58,844 bases of DNA from a virus (taxonomy: Duplodnaviria; Caudoviricetes): IMG/VR virus record IMGVR_UViG_3300031463_000546, positions 1-58,844 of that record, one strand, 5' to 3'. Below the pieces are notes generated by a model. It made no database searches and was not told the DNA's origin. It saw only the letters and a program-made list of their open reading frames with translations. A program made the position numbers and the translations under genes. Of the stretch, positions 47,722 to 57,215 are shown piece after piece. Within the stretch, counting starts at the first letter, position 1; each line of letters opens with the position of its first letter.

Positions 47722-47886
47722 ATGGCAACAGCCTACTGTCTGAAGTGCAAATGCACGCGGGAGATCAACGATCCCCGTTATGAGACGCTGAAGAACGGCA
47801 CACTCGCGGTGAAGGGGGTGTGTCCGATCTGCAGCAAGCCGATCTCCCGCATTCTGGGCAAGGCCGAGAAAGGAACCACACGATGA
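47722..47886 (+). CDS. Small Zn-ribbon protein (DUF5679-like), 54 aa, not in ORF track
   Basis: MATAYCLKCKCTREINDPRYETLKNGTLAVKGVCPICSKPISRILG...; AAGGAGG RBS. Confidence 0.75.
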   Translation: MATAYCLKCKCTREINDPRYETLKNGTLAVKGVCPICSKPISRILGKAEKGTTR

Positions 47887-48476
47887 ATTTGCTAATCTAC
47901 CTCGACCCGGGGCATGGCGAAGGCGTCACCGGTCAACGCGACCCGGGAGCCATTGGGCCTACCGGATTGACGGAAAATGAGGTGACGTTCGATGTGGCTA
48001 AACGCCTTGGGCATCTGCTCCGTGAACAAGGTGTGGAGACGCTGGGCGTTACGCTGACAGCCGCCCGCGATGACGAGAATCTCAACGAAGCGATCAAGGC
48101 GGCGAACGCCGCGGGGGTGCACCTGTTTGTCTCCCTGCACTGCAACTCGGCGACCACACCGTCCGCGCATGGTGTGGAAGTCTGGCATGGTGGGGGCAGT
48201 ACCGCCGAGAAAGTGGCCAACACGGTGCTGGCACGCATCATGACGGAATTCACCGGCGGCCAGGGCGCCTGGCTCAACGGGCGCGTGTTGCCGTTGACCA
48301 GCCGGGGTGCCAAACACGGCACCTTCGCCGTGCTCCGCAACACGCACATGCCGGCCATCCTGGTGGAGATGGCCTTCATTTCCAATCGCCAGGAAGAAGG
48401 CTGGCTGTGCGACGCGAGCGTGCGGCAGCAGTTCGCGCAGGCCATCGCGGATGGCATTCTCGACACACTAACATAA
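47883..48476 (+). CDS. Endolysin, N-acetylmuramoyl-L-alanine amidase (Amidase_3)
   Basis: LDPGHG..DPGA..E, SLHCN, PAILVEMAFISN. Confidence 0.93.
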   Translation: MNLLIYLDPGHGEGVTGQRDPGAIGPTGLTENEVTFDVAKRLGHLLREQGVETLGVTLTAARDDENLNEAIKAANAAGVHLFVSLHCNSATTPSAHGVEVWHGGGSTAEKVANTVLARIMTEFTGGQGAWLNGRVLPLTSRGAKHGTFAVLRNTHMPAILVEMAFISNRQEEGWLCDASVRQQFAQAIADGILDTLT

Positions 48477-48492
48477 GAAAGGACGGCAAGCA

Positions 48493-48807
48493 ATGAGTAT
48501 TTTCCATTTTGTGATCACCCATGGGGACGCCTTCGTTACCCTCCTGGTGGCGCTGATCGGCGTGTTGAAGTTGACGGCCTGGGGGAAGGCGAACGCCGAA
48601 GCGTTGGCGTTGCTCGTGGATGTCATCGAGCAGAAGAACAGCACGGACATTAAGCAGACGGTGGCCGCCTTGCACGGTGACCTATCCGGGGTGGCCCAGG
48701 ATGCGTTGGACGATGCCGTTAATACCGCAGATGCGAAAAAGAAGGCGCTGCCGACGATCTTGCGCGTGTGTCGTGAGGTGTTCCGTGGGCTGTTTCCCGT
48801 GCGCTGA
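48493..48807 (+). CDS. Holin-like membrane protein
   Basis: N-terminal hydrophobic segment; follows endolysin. Confidence 0.5.
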   Translation: MSIFHFVITHGDAFVTLLVALIGVLKLTAWGKANAEALALLVDVIEQKNSTDIKQTVAALHGDLSGVAQDALDDAVNTADAKKKALPTILRVCREVFRGLFPVR

Positions 48808-48813
48808 ATAGGA

Positions 48814-49407
48814 GTGACCATGCTGGACATCCCGCGACAGGATGAGGAACCGGGTGACCGGGGACGCTGGTATGGCAAGTATCGGGCGTTCGTACGGGAC
48901 AACCGCGACCCGGAACGGCTGGGGCGTCTGCGTCTGGAGATTCCTGCCGTGTTGGGGACGGGGACGGACGCCTGGTCTGAGTGGGCCAGTCCGTGCTTTC
49001 CCTATGGTGGGAATCCCGACTGCGGTCTCTATCTCATTCCCGAGATGGGTGCCTCCGTGTGGGCGGAATTCGAAGGCGGCGATGTCCAGGCGCCGATCTG
49101 GAGCGGGGTGTGGTTGGCGGGATCGAATCCCGGTGAAATGCCGGCGGAAGCGGCCGCCAACCCCACGTCCTGCAACGTGTTGAAAACCGCTGCCGGGCAC
49201 ACCATCCTGCTGGAAGATGCCACGGGGCAGCAGCGGGTGCTGATTCGGGATGCCGGCGGGCAGCATCTGTTGCTGGACGTGGCTGGGTTACGGGTGGAAT
49301 TGGTGAGCGCGGGAGAGATCGTCATTCGTGACGGATCGGGCAGTGAAATCGTGTTCTCCGGTGGGGCGATTCAGATCAAAGCCGCGGGACAGGTATCCAT
49401 TAATTGA
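48814..49407 (+). CDS. Baseplate spike gpV / gp5 OB-fold protein
   Basis: YGKYRAFV.DN.DP..LGR, WA.PC, P..GA.VW.EFEGGD...PIW.G. Confidence 0.92.
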   Translation: MTMLDIPRQDEEPGDRGRWYGKYRAFVRDNRDPERLGRLRLEIPAVLGTGTDAWSEWASPCFPYGGNPDCGLYLIPEMGASVWAEFEGGDVQAPIWSGVWLAGSNPGEMPAEAAANPTSCNVLKTAAGHTILLEDATGQQRVLIRDAGGQHLLLDVAGLRVELVSAGEIVIRDGSGSEIVFSGGAIQIKAAGQVSIN

Positions 49408-49412
49408 GGTGA

Positions 49413-49775
49413 ATGATGGCAGAACAGACACAGGACACGGAGATGACCCCGGGCACCGTCGCGTTGACGTTCGAGCGCTGGCATTCCGAGTTTCGCGCCT
49501 TGCTGGAAGAGCACCGCCGGGACATCCAGACGCGCCTGGAGCGCATCGAGAAAGAACTGGATCGCAAATCCGATAAGGAGACGGTCGAGCTGATGATCAG
49601 CGGTGTGCGCGAGGATCTGCGCCGGCATGCCGAGGATATCAAGTGCCTCTATGTCGGCATGAGCACGAAAGTCAGTGCGGAGACGATGTGGAAAGTCGCC
49701 GGCCTGGCGCTGTCGGTCGGTGGCATCATCGCGGGGATCGTCTCGTTTCTGCTGCATTTGCTGGTGAAACGCTGA
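49413..49775 (+). CDS. Coiled-coil protein with C-terminal TM helix (possible lysis accessory)
   Basis: RLERIEKEL coil; VAGLALSVGGIIAGIVSFLL. Confidence 0.55.
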   Translation: MMAEQTQDTEMTPGTVALTFERWHSEFRALLEEHRRDIQTRLERIEKELDRKSDKETVELMISGVREDLRRHAEDIKCLYVGMSTKVSAETMWKVAGLALSVGGIIAGIVSFLLHLLVKR

Positions 49776-50032
49776 TGCCGGCCATTGCACGCATCGGCGA
49801 CGCCATCTCTCATGGCGGAACGATTGTTGGTGGTGCGGAACGCGTCTGTGTCGAAGGTGAACCTGCCGCGCGACAAGGCGATCCGGTGCGCTGTGACCAA
49901 CATGGCATGCAGACGATTACCGGGGGGTCCTCGACCGTCCTGGTCGAAGGCAAACCCCTCGCGCGGGTAGGAGATACGGTGTCCTGTGGGGCGACGATCA
50001 CGAGTGGCGCCGGTACGGTGCAGGCGGACTAA
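49775..50032 (+). CDS. PAAR spike-tip protein
   Basis: ARIGD..SHGG, EPAARQGD...C..HG, PLARVGD..SCGA. Confidence 0.93.
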   Translation: MPAIARIGDAISHGGTIVGGAERVCVEGEPAARQGDPVRCDQHGMQTITGGSSTVLVEGKPLARVGDTVSCGATITSGAGTVQAD

Positions 50033-50035
50033 GCG

Positions 50036-50432
50036 ATGACGGACATTCTCGGCCAGGGGTGCAAATTCCCCTTTCCAGTTCGGCAAGTTGACCGGCGCCA
50101 CAGTGACCTCCACCGCCACGTCGCGCGATCAGCAACACATTCACGAGAGCATCCGGCAAATCCTCGGCACGCCTCGAGGCACGCGTTTCCTGCTCCCCGA
50201 ATTCGGCAGTCGCCTGCAGGAGTTTCTGTTCGAAGGGAATGACGCCATCCTGCGCGGGCTGGTGCGCCACGAGGTGACCGAGGTGTTGGCACGCTGGGAA
50301 CCGCGCATCATCGTGGACGATGTCCAGGTGACCACCGATGAGCATGCCGTGGTGGTGACGATCCAGTACCGGCTGATCGCTTCGCAAGTATCGGGCAATT
50401 ATGTCTATCCGTTCTACCGGGAGAACGCATGA
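50036..50432 (+). pseudogene. gp25/gpW baseplate wedge gene with apparent +1 frameshift near 50072
   Basis: MTDILGQGCKFPF in one frame; HIHESIRQILGT..G.R...PEFGSRL...WEPRI in +1 frame. Confidence 0.7.
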
Positions 50433-51850
50433 GTACAGGGCGTGCACGTCTGCCCTATATTAATAAGGATTACGACGCGATGCGCCGAGAGCTGTTGGCG
50501 CGCATCCCGCAACTCACCGACCGCTGGACGGATTTCAACGAATCCGATCTCGGGATTGTGCTGCTGGAACTCTTCGCCGGCGTCGGCGATATGCTGGCCT
50601 ATTACCTCGATGCGCAAGCCGCCGAGTGCTATCTGCCCACCGCGCGGCGTCGCCAGAGCATCATCGATCTCTGTGCGCTTGTCGCCTATCGTCTGCACGG
50701 CCCGGTGGCCGCCACCACGCAATTGCGATTTACGCTCGCGCAGCCGGCAACGAAGCCCATCACCATTCTCGCCGGCACCGTCTGTCGCGTGCCCGCGGAT
50801 GGTGAGAGTGATGCGATTCCCTTCGAGACAATGATGGATGTCACCATTCCTGCCGGACAAACGACGGGAGAGGTGGACGCCTGGCAAGGCACGCGGCAGA
50901 TCGATACCGCGCAGGCGACCGGTCAGGCGCTGCAGCGGGTGACGTTGAGTAAGACGGAAGTCGCTCACGGGTCGGTGACAGTATCCGTTGATGGGATCGC
51001 CTGGCAGACGGTCGCGCATTTCGCGGACAGCGGTCCCACGGATCGACATGTCCGCCTTGATCGCGATGGCCTTGATCGGACCACGCTGCGCTTTGGCGAC
51101 GGCAAGGCGGGAGCCATCCCCGGTGCCGAACAGACCATCATCGTCAGTTATCTGGTGACCGGCGGTCCGGTGGGAAATCTGGCGCCGGATCGAATCACGG
51201 AATTGCCGACCTCCAATATGGTCAACGGGCAACCCGTGACCATCGCGGTGACCAATCCGATTTCCGCCACCGGCGGTACCGAGGCCGAGACGATGGAACA
51301 CGCACGCATGGTTGCCCCAGAAACGGTGCGCTCTACCTGGAAAGCCGTGACGAAAGCCGATTACCTCGCGCTCTGCGAAGCGTTCCCCGGCGTGGCCAAG
51401 GCGCAAATCCTCGACTTGAACGACGATCCCACGCTGCGAGTCTATACCGTGCGCATCATCATCGCCCCGGAAGGTGGCGGGCTGGCGTCACCTTCGCTGA
51501 AAGCGGCGTTGCTGGCCTTCCTGGAAGCACGCCGCATGGTGACGGTGGAAGTGACGCTGGACGATCCTGTGTACCGTGCGGTCCCGGTGCAGGCTGATCT
51601 CTATACCTATCCGGGTGAACGGGCTGACGAGGTGCGGCAACGTGCCGAGATAGCATTGAGCGAGTATTTCGCATTCGAGCGGCAAGTGTTCGGGCAGGCG
51701 GTGTATCACTCTGATCTCGTTGCTTTGCTTGATGGCGTGCCCGGTGTCAGTCATGTGACGCTGCGCCAACCGGAAGGTGATGTGGTGCTCGGGGCGCGAG
51801 AGTTGGCGACGTTGGGCACGGTGACGCTGAATATCCGTGGGGTGCAGTGA
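50429..51850 (+). CDS. Baseplate J-like protein
   Basis: KDY...WTDFNESDLG..LLEL, FGDG..G.IP, GG...ET, AVT..DY. Confidence 0.92.
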   Translation: MSTGRARLPYINKDYDAMRRELLARIPQLTDRWTDFNESDLGIVLLELFAGVGDMLAYYLDAQAAECYLPTARRRQSIIDLCALVAYRLHGPVAATTQLRFTLAQPATKPITILAGTVCRVPADGESDAIPFETMMDVTIPAGQTTGEVDAWQGTRQIDTAQATGQALQRVTLSKTEVAHGSVTVSVDGIAWQTVAHFADSGPTDRHVRLDRDGLDRTTLRFGDGKAGAIPGAEQTIIVSYLVTGGPVGNLAPDRITELPTSNMVNGQPVTIAVTNPISATGGTEAETMEHARMVAPETVRSTWKAVTKADYLALCEAFPGVAKAQILDLNDDPTLRVYTVRIIIAPEGGGLASPSLKAALLAFLEARRMVTVEVTLDDPVYRAVPVQADLYTYPGERADEVRQRAEIALSEYFAFERQVFGQAVYHSDLVALLDGVPGVSHVTLRQPEGDVVLGARELATLGTVTLNIRGVQ

Positions 51851-52545
51851 TGCCCACATTCGCGGAACGATTGCGCGATCTGTTGCCGGATCTGTACCTG
51901 CTGGAGGATGCCACGAACGACCTGTGGACGCTCCTGCAAGTTGTCGGCGCCACGGGAGATGAACTGCAGCAGGCCATCGAACGCCTGCCGGCAGTCGCCT
52001 CTGCCGGTACCTGTCCGCTGGACTTCCTGCCGTATCTGGCGGCGCTGGTCGGGTATGCTTATGATTCGCTCGCAGATCCGGAACGGCAGCGTCTCGGCAT
52101 ATTGGAAGCACTGGAGCGGTATCGCCGGCAAGGCACACTGGCCGCGCTCTCGCGCGAGCTGATCGCATATGGCTGGCAAGGTGAAATTCTCGAAACGCAT
52201 CAGCGGGTGATGCGTCTGAATCGCCGCGGTCGATTGAATCGCCAGCGTCTGCCCGGCCCGCACTACAACCTGGGCGTGTTTCAGATCGATAGCCTGACGC
52301 TCGATGAAGGCATTGCCGAGATCGTCGCCCGGCATCAGCCTGCCGGGACACGTGGGTGGATTCGCCAGGGGCATCCGTTGCTCTCGACCGGATCATATAT
52401 CCCCGCCGTGGCAGCAACCATCACGTTGGAAATCCGGGAACGGACGCTGTCGCACTGGCAATTCGGTTTGAATCGCAGCGCATTGAACGGCGCCGATCCC
52501 CTGACGCGATCCACCCTCGATGGTGGAGAACTGACCACTGTGTAA
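51847..52545 (+). CDS. Baseplate/tail protein I (P2 gpI-like)
   Basis: LLP.LY..ED, CP.DFLPYLA.LVG, YRRQGT, PAGT. Confidence 0.8.
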   Translation: MMPTFAERLRDLLPDLYLLEDATNDLWTLLQVVGATGDELQQAIERLPAVASAGTCPLDFLPYLAALVGYAYDSLADPERQRLGILEALERYRRQGTLAALSRELIAYGWQGEILETHQRVMRLNRRGRLNRQRLPGPHYNLGVFQIDSLTLDEGIAEIVARHQPAGTRGWIRQGHPLLSTGSYIPAVAATITLEIRERTLSHWQFGLNRSALNGADPLTRSTLDGGELTTV

Positions 52546-52558
52546 AGGAGACGGAAGC

Positions 52559-53092
52559 ATGGCAGATGGGATTATCACACGGCAGGGACGCATCTTGCTG
52601 GCGCGCATGCTGCACGGCGATTTGCTGGCTGGCATCACACACTGCGCGCTGGGTGATGGGGATGCCGGTTTCACTGATCCGCTGCATCCCCCGCTGCCGT
52701 CGGTGAACCAGACGGGATTATGCCACGAGTGGGTGCGAAAAACGGCGGATCGCCGTGCCTATCTGGTGGAAGATCCTGCCGGCGCGCTGGTGGTTAACGG
52801 GGTGTCGTATCGCGAAACGACGGAGCCAACGCCCATCCTTGGAGTGTACTTTCGCTTTGATGAGGGGGAAGCCAACGGGGTGCCCATCAGGGAATATGGC
52901 TTCTTTGGCGGTAGGGTGAGTTACGTTGCGTCCGCACCGGGCGCCGTGGCGGTCGGGGGTGTGTACAATGCCACGACCAATCCGGATGGACAGGTGCTCA
53001 CTCCCGGTTATCTTTACGAAGTCTGGACGATCCCCGACGTGGTGAAGACCGATGCCATGCAACTGCAACTGGTCGGCGTGATTGGATTGTAA
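52559..53092 (+). CDS. Tail fibre attachment / collar protein
   Basis: IT..GR..LA, ALGDG, EANG..IREYG.F. Confidence 0.7.
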   Translation: MADGIITRQGRILLARMLHGDLLAGITHCALGDGDAGFTDPLHPPLPSVNQTGLCHEWVRKTADRRAYLVEDPAGALVVNGVSYRETTEPTPILGVYFRFDEGEANGVPIREYGFFGGRVSYVASAPGAVAVGGVYNATTNPDGQVLTPGYLYEVWTIPDVVKTDAMQLQLVGVIGL

Positions 53093-53101
53093 GGAGACGA
53101 G

Positions 53102-54781
53102 ATGACGATTTCACGCGAGACATTCGATCCCGCGAAGCGCTATAAACGGATTCGCTTTCATGAAGACCGGGATCTGCTGGATTCCGAGATGAATGAGCTG
53201 CAGGAGATCGCGGCCCATGCACAACGGCAACTGTTCGATGTGTTGTTCGTACAGGGAGCCATCCTCGATGGCCTGGCGGCCAGTGTCGATGGTCATGTGG
53301 TGACACTCACCGACGGTCATGTCTACATCGATGGTTCGTTGGAGGAAGTAGCTGGCGCCACGCTGAACTTCGATCCAGCGCGAACCACGGGCACGGATAC
53401 CGTGTGGGTGGAAATCCTGCGTTCCGTCGTGGACATCGGTCAGGATACTGAATTGCTGAATCCGCTGACCGGGGAGCCGACAGCGGAACGCGAGCGATGG
53501 ACGGCCTTTCTCCAGACGCGGGATACCGGCAGTGATCCCTTACCTCCTGGTTCTATCGGGCGCAGCACAGCGGCGATTTATTCCTTTGATCGAGCCACCG
53601 GAACGATCACGCCATATGTGGCTGGTACTCTCGGACATGACGACACCACGCGCCTGAATGCCCATATCGGGCATGGCGGGGCCAGCCAGCATCCTGTCGC
53701 GACTGTCAACCAGGATGGATTTATGAGTGCGGCGGATAAAGCAGCGCTGGGCAATCATATCGGTGAGGGAGGTGCGCAACATCCCGTCGCGACACCGACA
53801 GTGGCGGGTTTTCTGTCGCCGACGGACAAGGCCAAATTGGATGGCATCCAGGCGGGGGCAAAAGCCGGTGGGCGTTCCGCCACACTAGTGGTAGCGGCGG
53901 CGAATGCCAGTGCGGCCTCGAAAGCCGTCGCGGATTACGTCTGCGATGGCGTGGACGACCAGGTGGAACTCAACGCGGCGCGCGCCGCGCTCCAGGCTCT
54001 CGGCGGTGGCAAACTGGTGCTAACCGAAGGAACATTCACATTCTCCGATGTGCTGAAACTCTGTTCCAACCTGCTCATCGAAGGCCAGGGACAGGCGACG
54101 TTGCTCAAGGTGTCCGTGCCGCAATATTTCAACTGGGGGATGATCACCGTCAGCAATTCCGTCGAACCAAATCCGAAGAATATCACCATCCGTGATTTGG
54201 CCTTCGATGGCAGCCGTCCGGCACTTCCCCCCAACAGCAATGGGGCATCGGCGATCAACTTCAGCGGAGTTGACGGCGGGTTGCTGGAGAATCTGGACGC
54301 CGCGCATTTTCAATATGCCGGCACGGCGATCTATGTGGCCGGCAGTACGAATGTCATCGTACGGCATTGCCGCTCACACGATAACGACGGTTGTGGCATC
54401 ATGCTGCACACGTCCTGTCGCCACTGCCTGGTAGAAGGCAATGTCTTTTACCGCAACGGCATCCATGGTATCTCGCTGCCCATCGCGTACGATTGCGCCA
54501 TCGTGAATAACCTGTGCTGGAACAACAGCCTGGCAGCAGATAACAGCTATTCGAATATCTACCTGGGGAACGACACCGCCTGGTGCAATATTCAGGGGAA
54601 CACCTGCCGCTATCACGATACCGCCGTGCGGCCCAAGGCGGGAATCGAAATCGTGAACGGCACGGGGACGTTGAAAAATCTGGTGACGAACAACGATTTG
54701 ATGAACGGCGGCGTGACCCCCTTCATCAACAGCGCCCCGAGCACCGTAACGACATCCGGCAATCGCGTCGGCACGTATTAA
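53102..54781 (+). CDS. Tail fibre/spike 1 with right-handed beta-helix (putative depolymerase)
   Basis: FDP.K.Y.RI.F...R.LL.SE.NELQ anchor; ADYVCDGVDDQVELN; Asn/Gly-rich parallel beta-helix repeats. Confidence 0.85.
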   Translation: MTISRETFDPAKRYKRIRFHEDRDLLDSEMNELQEIAAHAQRQLFDVLFVQGAILDGLAASVDGHVVTLTDGHVYIDGSLEEVAGATLNFDPARTTGTDTVWVEILRSVVDIGQDTELLNPLTGEPTAERERWTAFLQTRDTGSDPLPPGSIGRSTAAIYSFDRATGTITPYVAGTLGHDDTTRLNAHIGHGGASQHPVATVNQDGFMSAADKAALGNHIGEGGAQHPVATPTVAGFLSPTDKAKLDGIQAGAKAGGRSATLVVAAANASAASKAVADYVCDGVDDQVELNAARAALQALGGGKLVLTEGTFTFSDVLKLCSNLLIEGQGQATLLKVSVPQYFNWGMITVSNSVEPNPKNITIRDLAFDGSRPALPPNSNGASAINFSGVDGGLLENLDAAHFQYAGTAIYVAGSTNVIVRHCRSHDNDGCGIMLHTSCRHCLVEGNVFYRNGIHGISLPIAYDCAIVNNLCWNNSLAADNSYSNIYLGNDTAWCNIQGNTCRYHDTAVRPKAGIEIVNGTGTLKNLVTNNDLMNGGVTPFINSAPSTVTTSGNRVGTY

Positions 54782-54793
54782 GGAGCCAACCGC

Positions 54794-55870
54794 ATGAGCA
54801 TCTCGCGTGACACCTTCGATCCCACGAAGAATTACCGGCGTATCCGCTACCACCAGCGACGCGATCTGCTGGATTCCGAACTGAACGAACAGCAGGACAT
54901 CGCCTTGCATGAGCAACAGCAGCTCTTCGATACCCTCTTCGCGCAAGGCGCCATCACGCAGGGACTGCAGCCCACGGTGAATGGCGCGGTGGTAACGCTG
55001 ACAGCCGGAAACGTGTATGTCGATGGGCATCTCGTCACGGTGCCGGGCGCAACCCTGCAATACGATGGCGCGAAGGTGACGGGGACGGATTACGTCTGGC
55101 TGGAGGTCCTGTGCCTGGTGGTTGATGCATCGGAAGACGCCTCCCTGATAAATCCAACCACCGGCGAACCAACGGCGGAACGTGAGCAATGGGTGGCGAC
55201 GGTACATGCCAGCGATCCCTCCGGTGATCCGTTTCCGGAACATGCCCTGGGACGCACGGTGGTTGCCATTTATGACTTCCATCGCGATACCGGGCAAGTG
55301 TTGCCCAGCGTGACTCGTCCATGGCATCCGGAAGATGCCGCCCGTCTGGATGGGCATATCGGACAGGGTGGTGATGAGCAGCACCCCGTGGCCACGGAAC
55401 AGGAAGCCGGATTTCTGAGTGCCGCAGATAAAACGAAACTTGACAGCCTCCTTGCCGGAGGAGTGCCGGTCGGCGCCGTGATGGCGTTTGCGACCCTGAT
55501 CTTGCCGGGAGGGTGGTTGGAGTGCAACGGTGCGCTGATCAGTCGCCAAACATATGCGGCGTTATTTGCGGCCATCGGCACCACCTTCGGAGCCGGGAAT
55601 GGTGTGACCACCTTTGCGCTCCCCGATCTGCGCGGGGAATTTGTCCGTGGTTGGGACCATGGGCGTGGAGTCGATCCGGGACGCGCATTCGGGGGAGAGC
55701 AAGACCATGCATTCTTGCAACATGGCCAGCACGTGGGCGGGATCGGGAATTATCCGGGATACGTGTCGCTGGAAGATGGGCAGGATACCCCCAACTATCC
55801 ACTCGTCAGCATTGGGGGCACGGAAACCCGTCCGCGCAACGTGGCGTTGGTCTACTGCATCAAGTATTGA
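54794..55870 (+). CDS. Tail fibre 2 with tail-collar domain
   Basis: Same N-terminal anchor; VPVGAV..PGGWLECNG..TTFALPDLRGEFVRGWD..ETRPRNVAL..CIKY. Confidence 0.9.
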   Translation: MSISRDTFDPTKNYRRIRYHQRRDLLDSELNEQQDIALHEQQQLFDTLFAQGAITQGLQPTVNGAVVTLTAGNVYVDGHLVTVPGATLQYDGAKVTGTDYVWLEVLCLVVDASEDASLINPTTGEPTAEREQWVATVHASDPSGDPFPEHALGRTVVAIYDFHRDTGQVLPSVTRPWHPEDAARLDGHIGQGGDEQHPVATEQEAGFLSAADKTKLDSLLAGGVPVGAVMAFATLILPGGWLECNGALISRQTYAALFAAIGTTFGAGNGVTTFALPDLRGEFVRGWDHGRGVDPGRAFGGEQDHAFLQHGQHVGGIGNYPGYVSLEDGQDTPNYPLVSIGGTETRPRNVALVYCIKY

Positions 55871-55918
55871 CCGGTCAGCACAGTCTCGAATTGTTTTGCG
55901 AAAATACGCACCACATGC

Positions 55919-55952
55919 CTTGACTTCATCGGCCAGTGTGAGTGATTCATTG
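55919..55952 (+). promoter_or_regulatory. Putative promoter motif CTTGACT-N14-GAGTGATTCATTG
   Basis: Third copy of motif, upstream of amidoligase RBS. Confidence 0.5.
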
Positions 55953-55995
55953 GGTGTGCACACACGGATGTGTGCATATCGAAAGGAGAGACACA

Positions 55996-56961
55996 ATGGC
56001 CGTAACAATCAACGATATCCGGTTTGGCCTGGAAATTGAAACGGTGGGTCGCACCCGCCACGAGGTGGCGAAAGCGATCCAGAGCGTGGTCGGGGGAACG
56101 GTCACGCATGTCGGCGTCCCTGCATGCTATGATCCCCACCAGGTGATCGATGCCCGTGGGTTGGAGTGGAAGGTGGTGGCTGACAGCAGCCTGACCAATG
56201 TCCCCGCGGACTTACGCGCGGAGGTGGTCACCCCGATCCTGAGCTACGACGACATCCCCCTGCTGCAGGAGGTGGTGCGCGCCATCCGCCAGGCTGGTGC
56301 CCGCTGTGATGAAAAGTGTGGGCTGCACCTGCACTTGAGCCATCCCAATGTCACCGCGAAGGCGCTGGCCAATCTCGCGAAAACGATCTACAAGCAGGAA
56401 GAGCTGATTTACGCTGCACTCGGAGTGACCCAGGAGCGCATGGAACGGTACTGCCGACCGCTGAACGCCACTTTTATCGAGCGCATAACGCGCATCACCC
56501 CGAAAACCTTTGACCAGCTCAATCGCCAGTGGTACGGGAAATACAACCCGACCCCACAACGCTACGACAGCAGCCGCTACGCGATCCTGAACCTGAACGC
56601 CTTCTTCCTGCGCGGGGCCGTGGAGATGAGAGCCTACGCGGGCAGCCTCCACGCCGGCAAGGTGAAAGCCGCCATCCAGTTCGGCATGGCGCTCTTCGCC
56701 AAAGCCCTCAACACGCAGGCGGCGTCGGCGAAGAAACGCAAATACGATCCCGCATCGGCGAAATACGATTTCCGCGTGTTTCTGATCAGCGCCCTCAGCA
56801 TGAATGGTGACGAATTTAAAACCGCAAGGAAGCATCTGCTGACGCTTATGCCGGGAGACAGCGCATTCAAATATGGCAGGCCAACCGGCAAAGCCGGCAA
56901 GGCCAAAAAAACCGAAGAGACGACCGGGGCTGGAGCCGAGATGCTCCAGCCCTCGTGCTAA
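55996..56961 (+). CDS. Putative amidoligase (COOH-NH2 ligase, Amidoligase_2)
   Basis: FGLEIE, W.VV.DSSL, EVVTPIL, CGLHLH, RY..LN, VE.R...G.LH. Confidence 0.9.
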   Translation: MAVTINDIRFGLEIETVGRTRHEVAKAIQSVVGGTVTHVGVPACYDPHQVIDARGLEWKVVADSSLTNVPADLRAEVVTPILSYDDIPLLQEVVRAIRQAGARCDEKCGLHLHLSHPNVTAKALANLAKTIYKQEELIYAALGVTQERMERYCRPLNATFIERITRITPKTFDQLNRQWYGKYNPTPQRYDSSRYAILNLNAFFLRGAVEMRAYAGSLHAGKVKAAIQFGMALFAKALNTQAASAKKRKYDPASAKYDFRVFLISALSMNGDEFKTARKHLLTLMPGDSAFKYGRPTGKAGKAKKTEETTGAGAEMLQPSC

Positions 56962-56975
56962 GAGAGGAGAGGATC

Positions 56976-57215
56976 ATGGAGAAAAAACTGATATTGATCA
57001 GCGCCGCTGTGTTCGAAGGACTGGAAGCCGTCCGGCAATGCGGCGCCACCAACATGCTCGACCGCCCGAGAGTGATCGAGATCGCCGAGATGATGGGTTA
57101 TGACGAGACCGCCGAATGGCTGCGCGAGAACAGGAATCTGTACGCCCAAGGCATCTTCCAGGGGTTTCGAGTTATCGAGGAAGGAGAAGCGCCATGTGCG
57201 GACTCTGCGGAGTGA
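56976..57215 (+). CDS. DUF5049-like small protein
   Basis: LEAVR..G.TNMLD...V..IA..MG; GAGGAG RBS. Confidence 0.72.
   Translation: MEKKLILISAAVFEGLEAVRQCGATNMLDRPRVIEIAEMMGYDETAEWLRENRNLYAQGIFQGFRVIEEGEAPCADSAE

Noticed and set aside
2221-55870. Extracellular contractile injection system / tailocin (PAAR, gp19-like tube, gp25, sheath)
   Set aside because: Terminase, portal, protease, capsid and replication genes are present, so this is a phage
53102-55870. Diversity-generating retroelement or Gin-type invertible fibre cassette
   Set aside because: No reverse transcriptase, no adenine-specific TR/VR pair seen; both fibres have full N-termini in the same orientation
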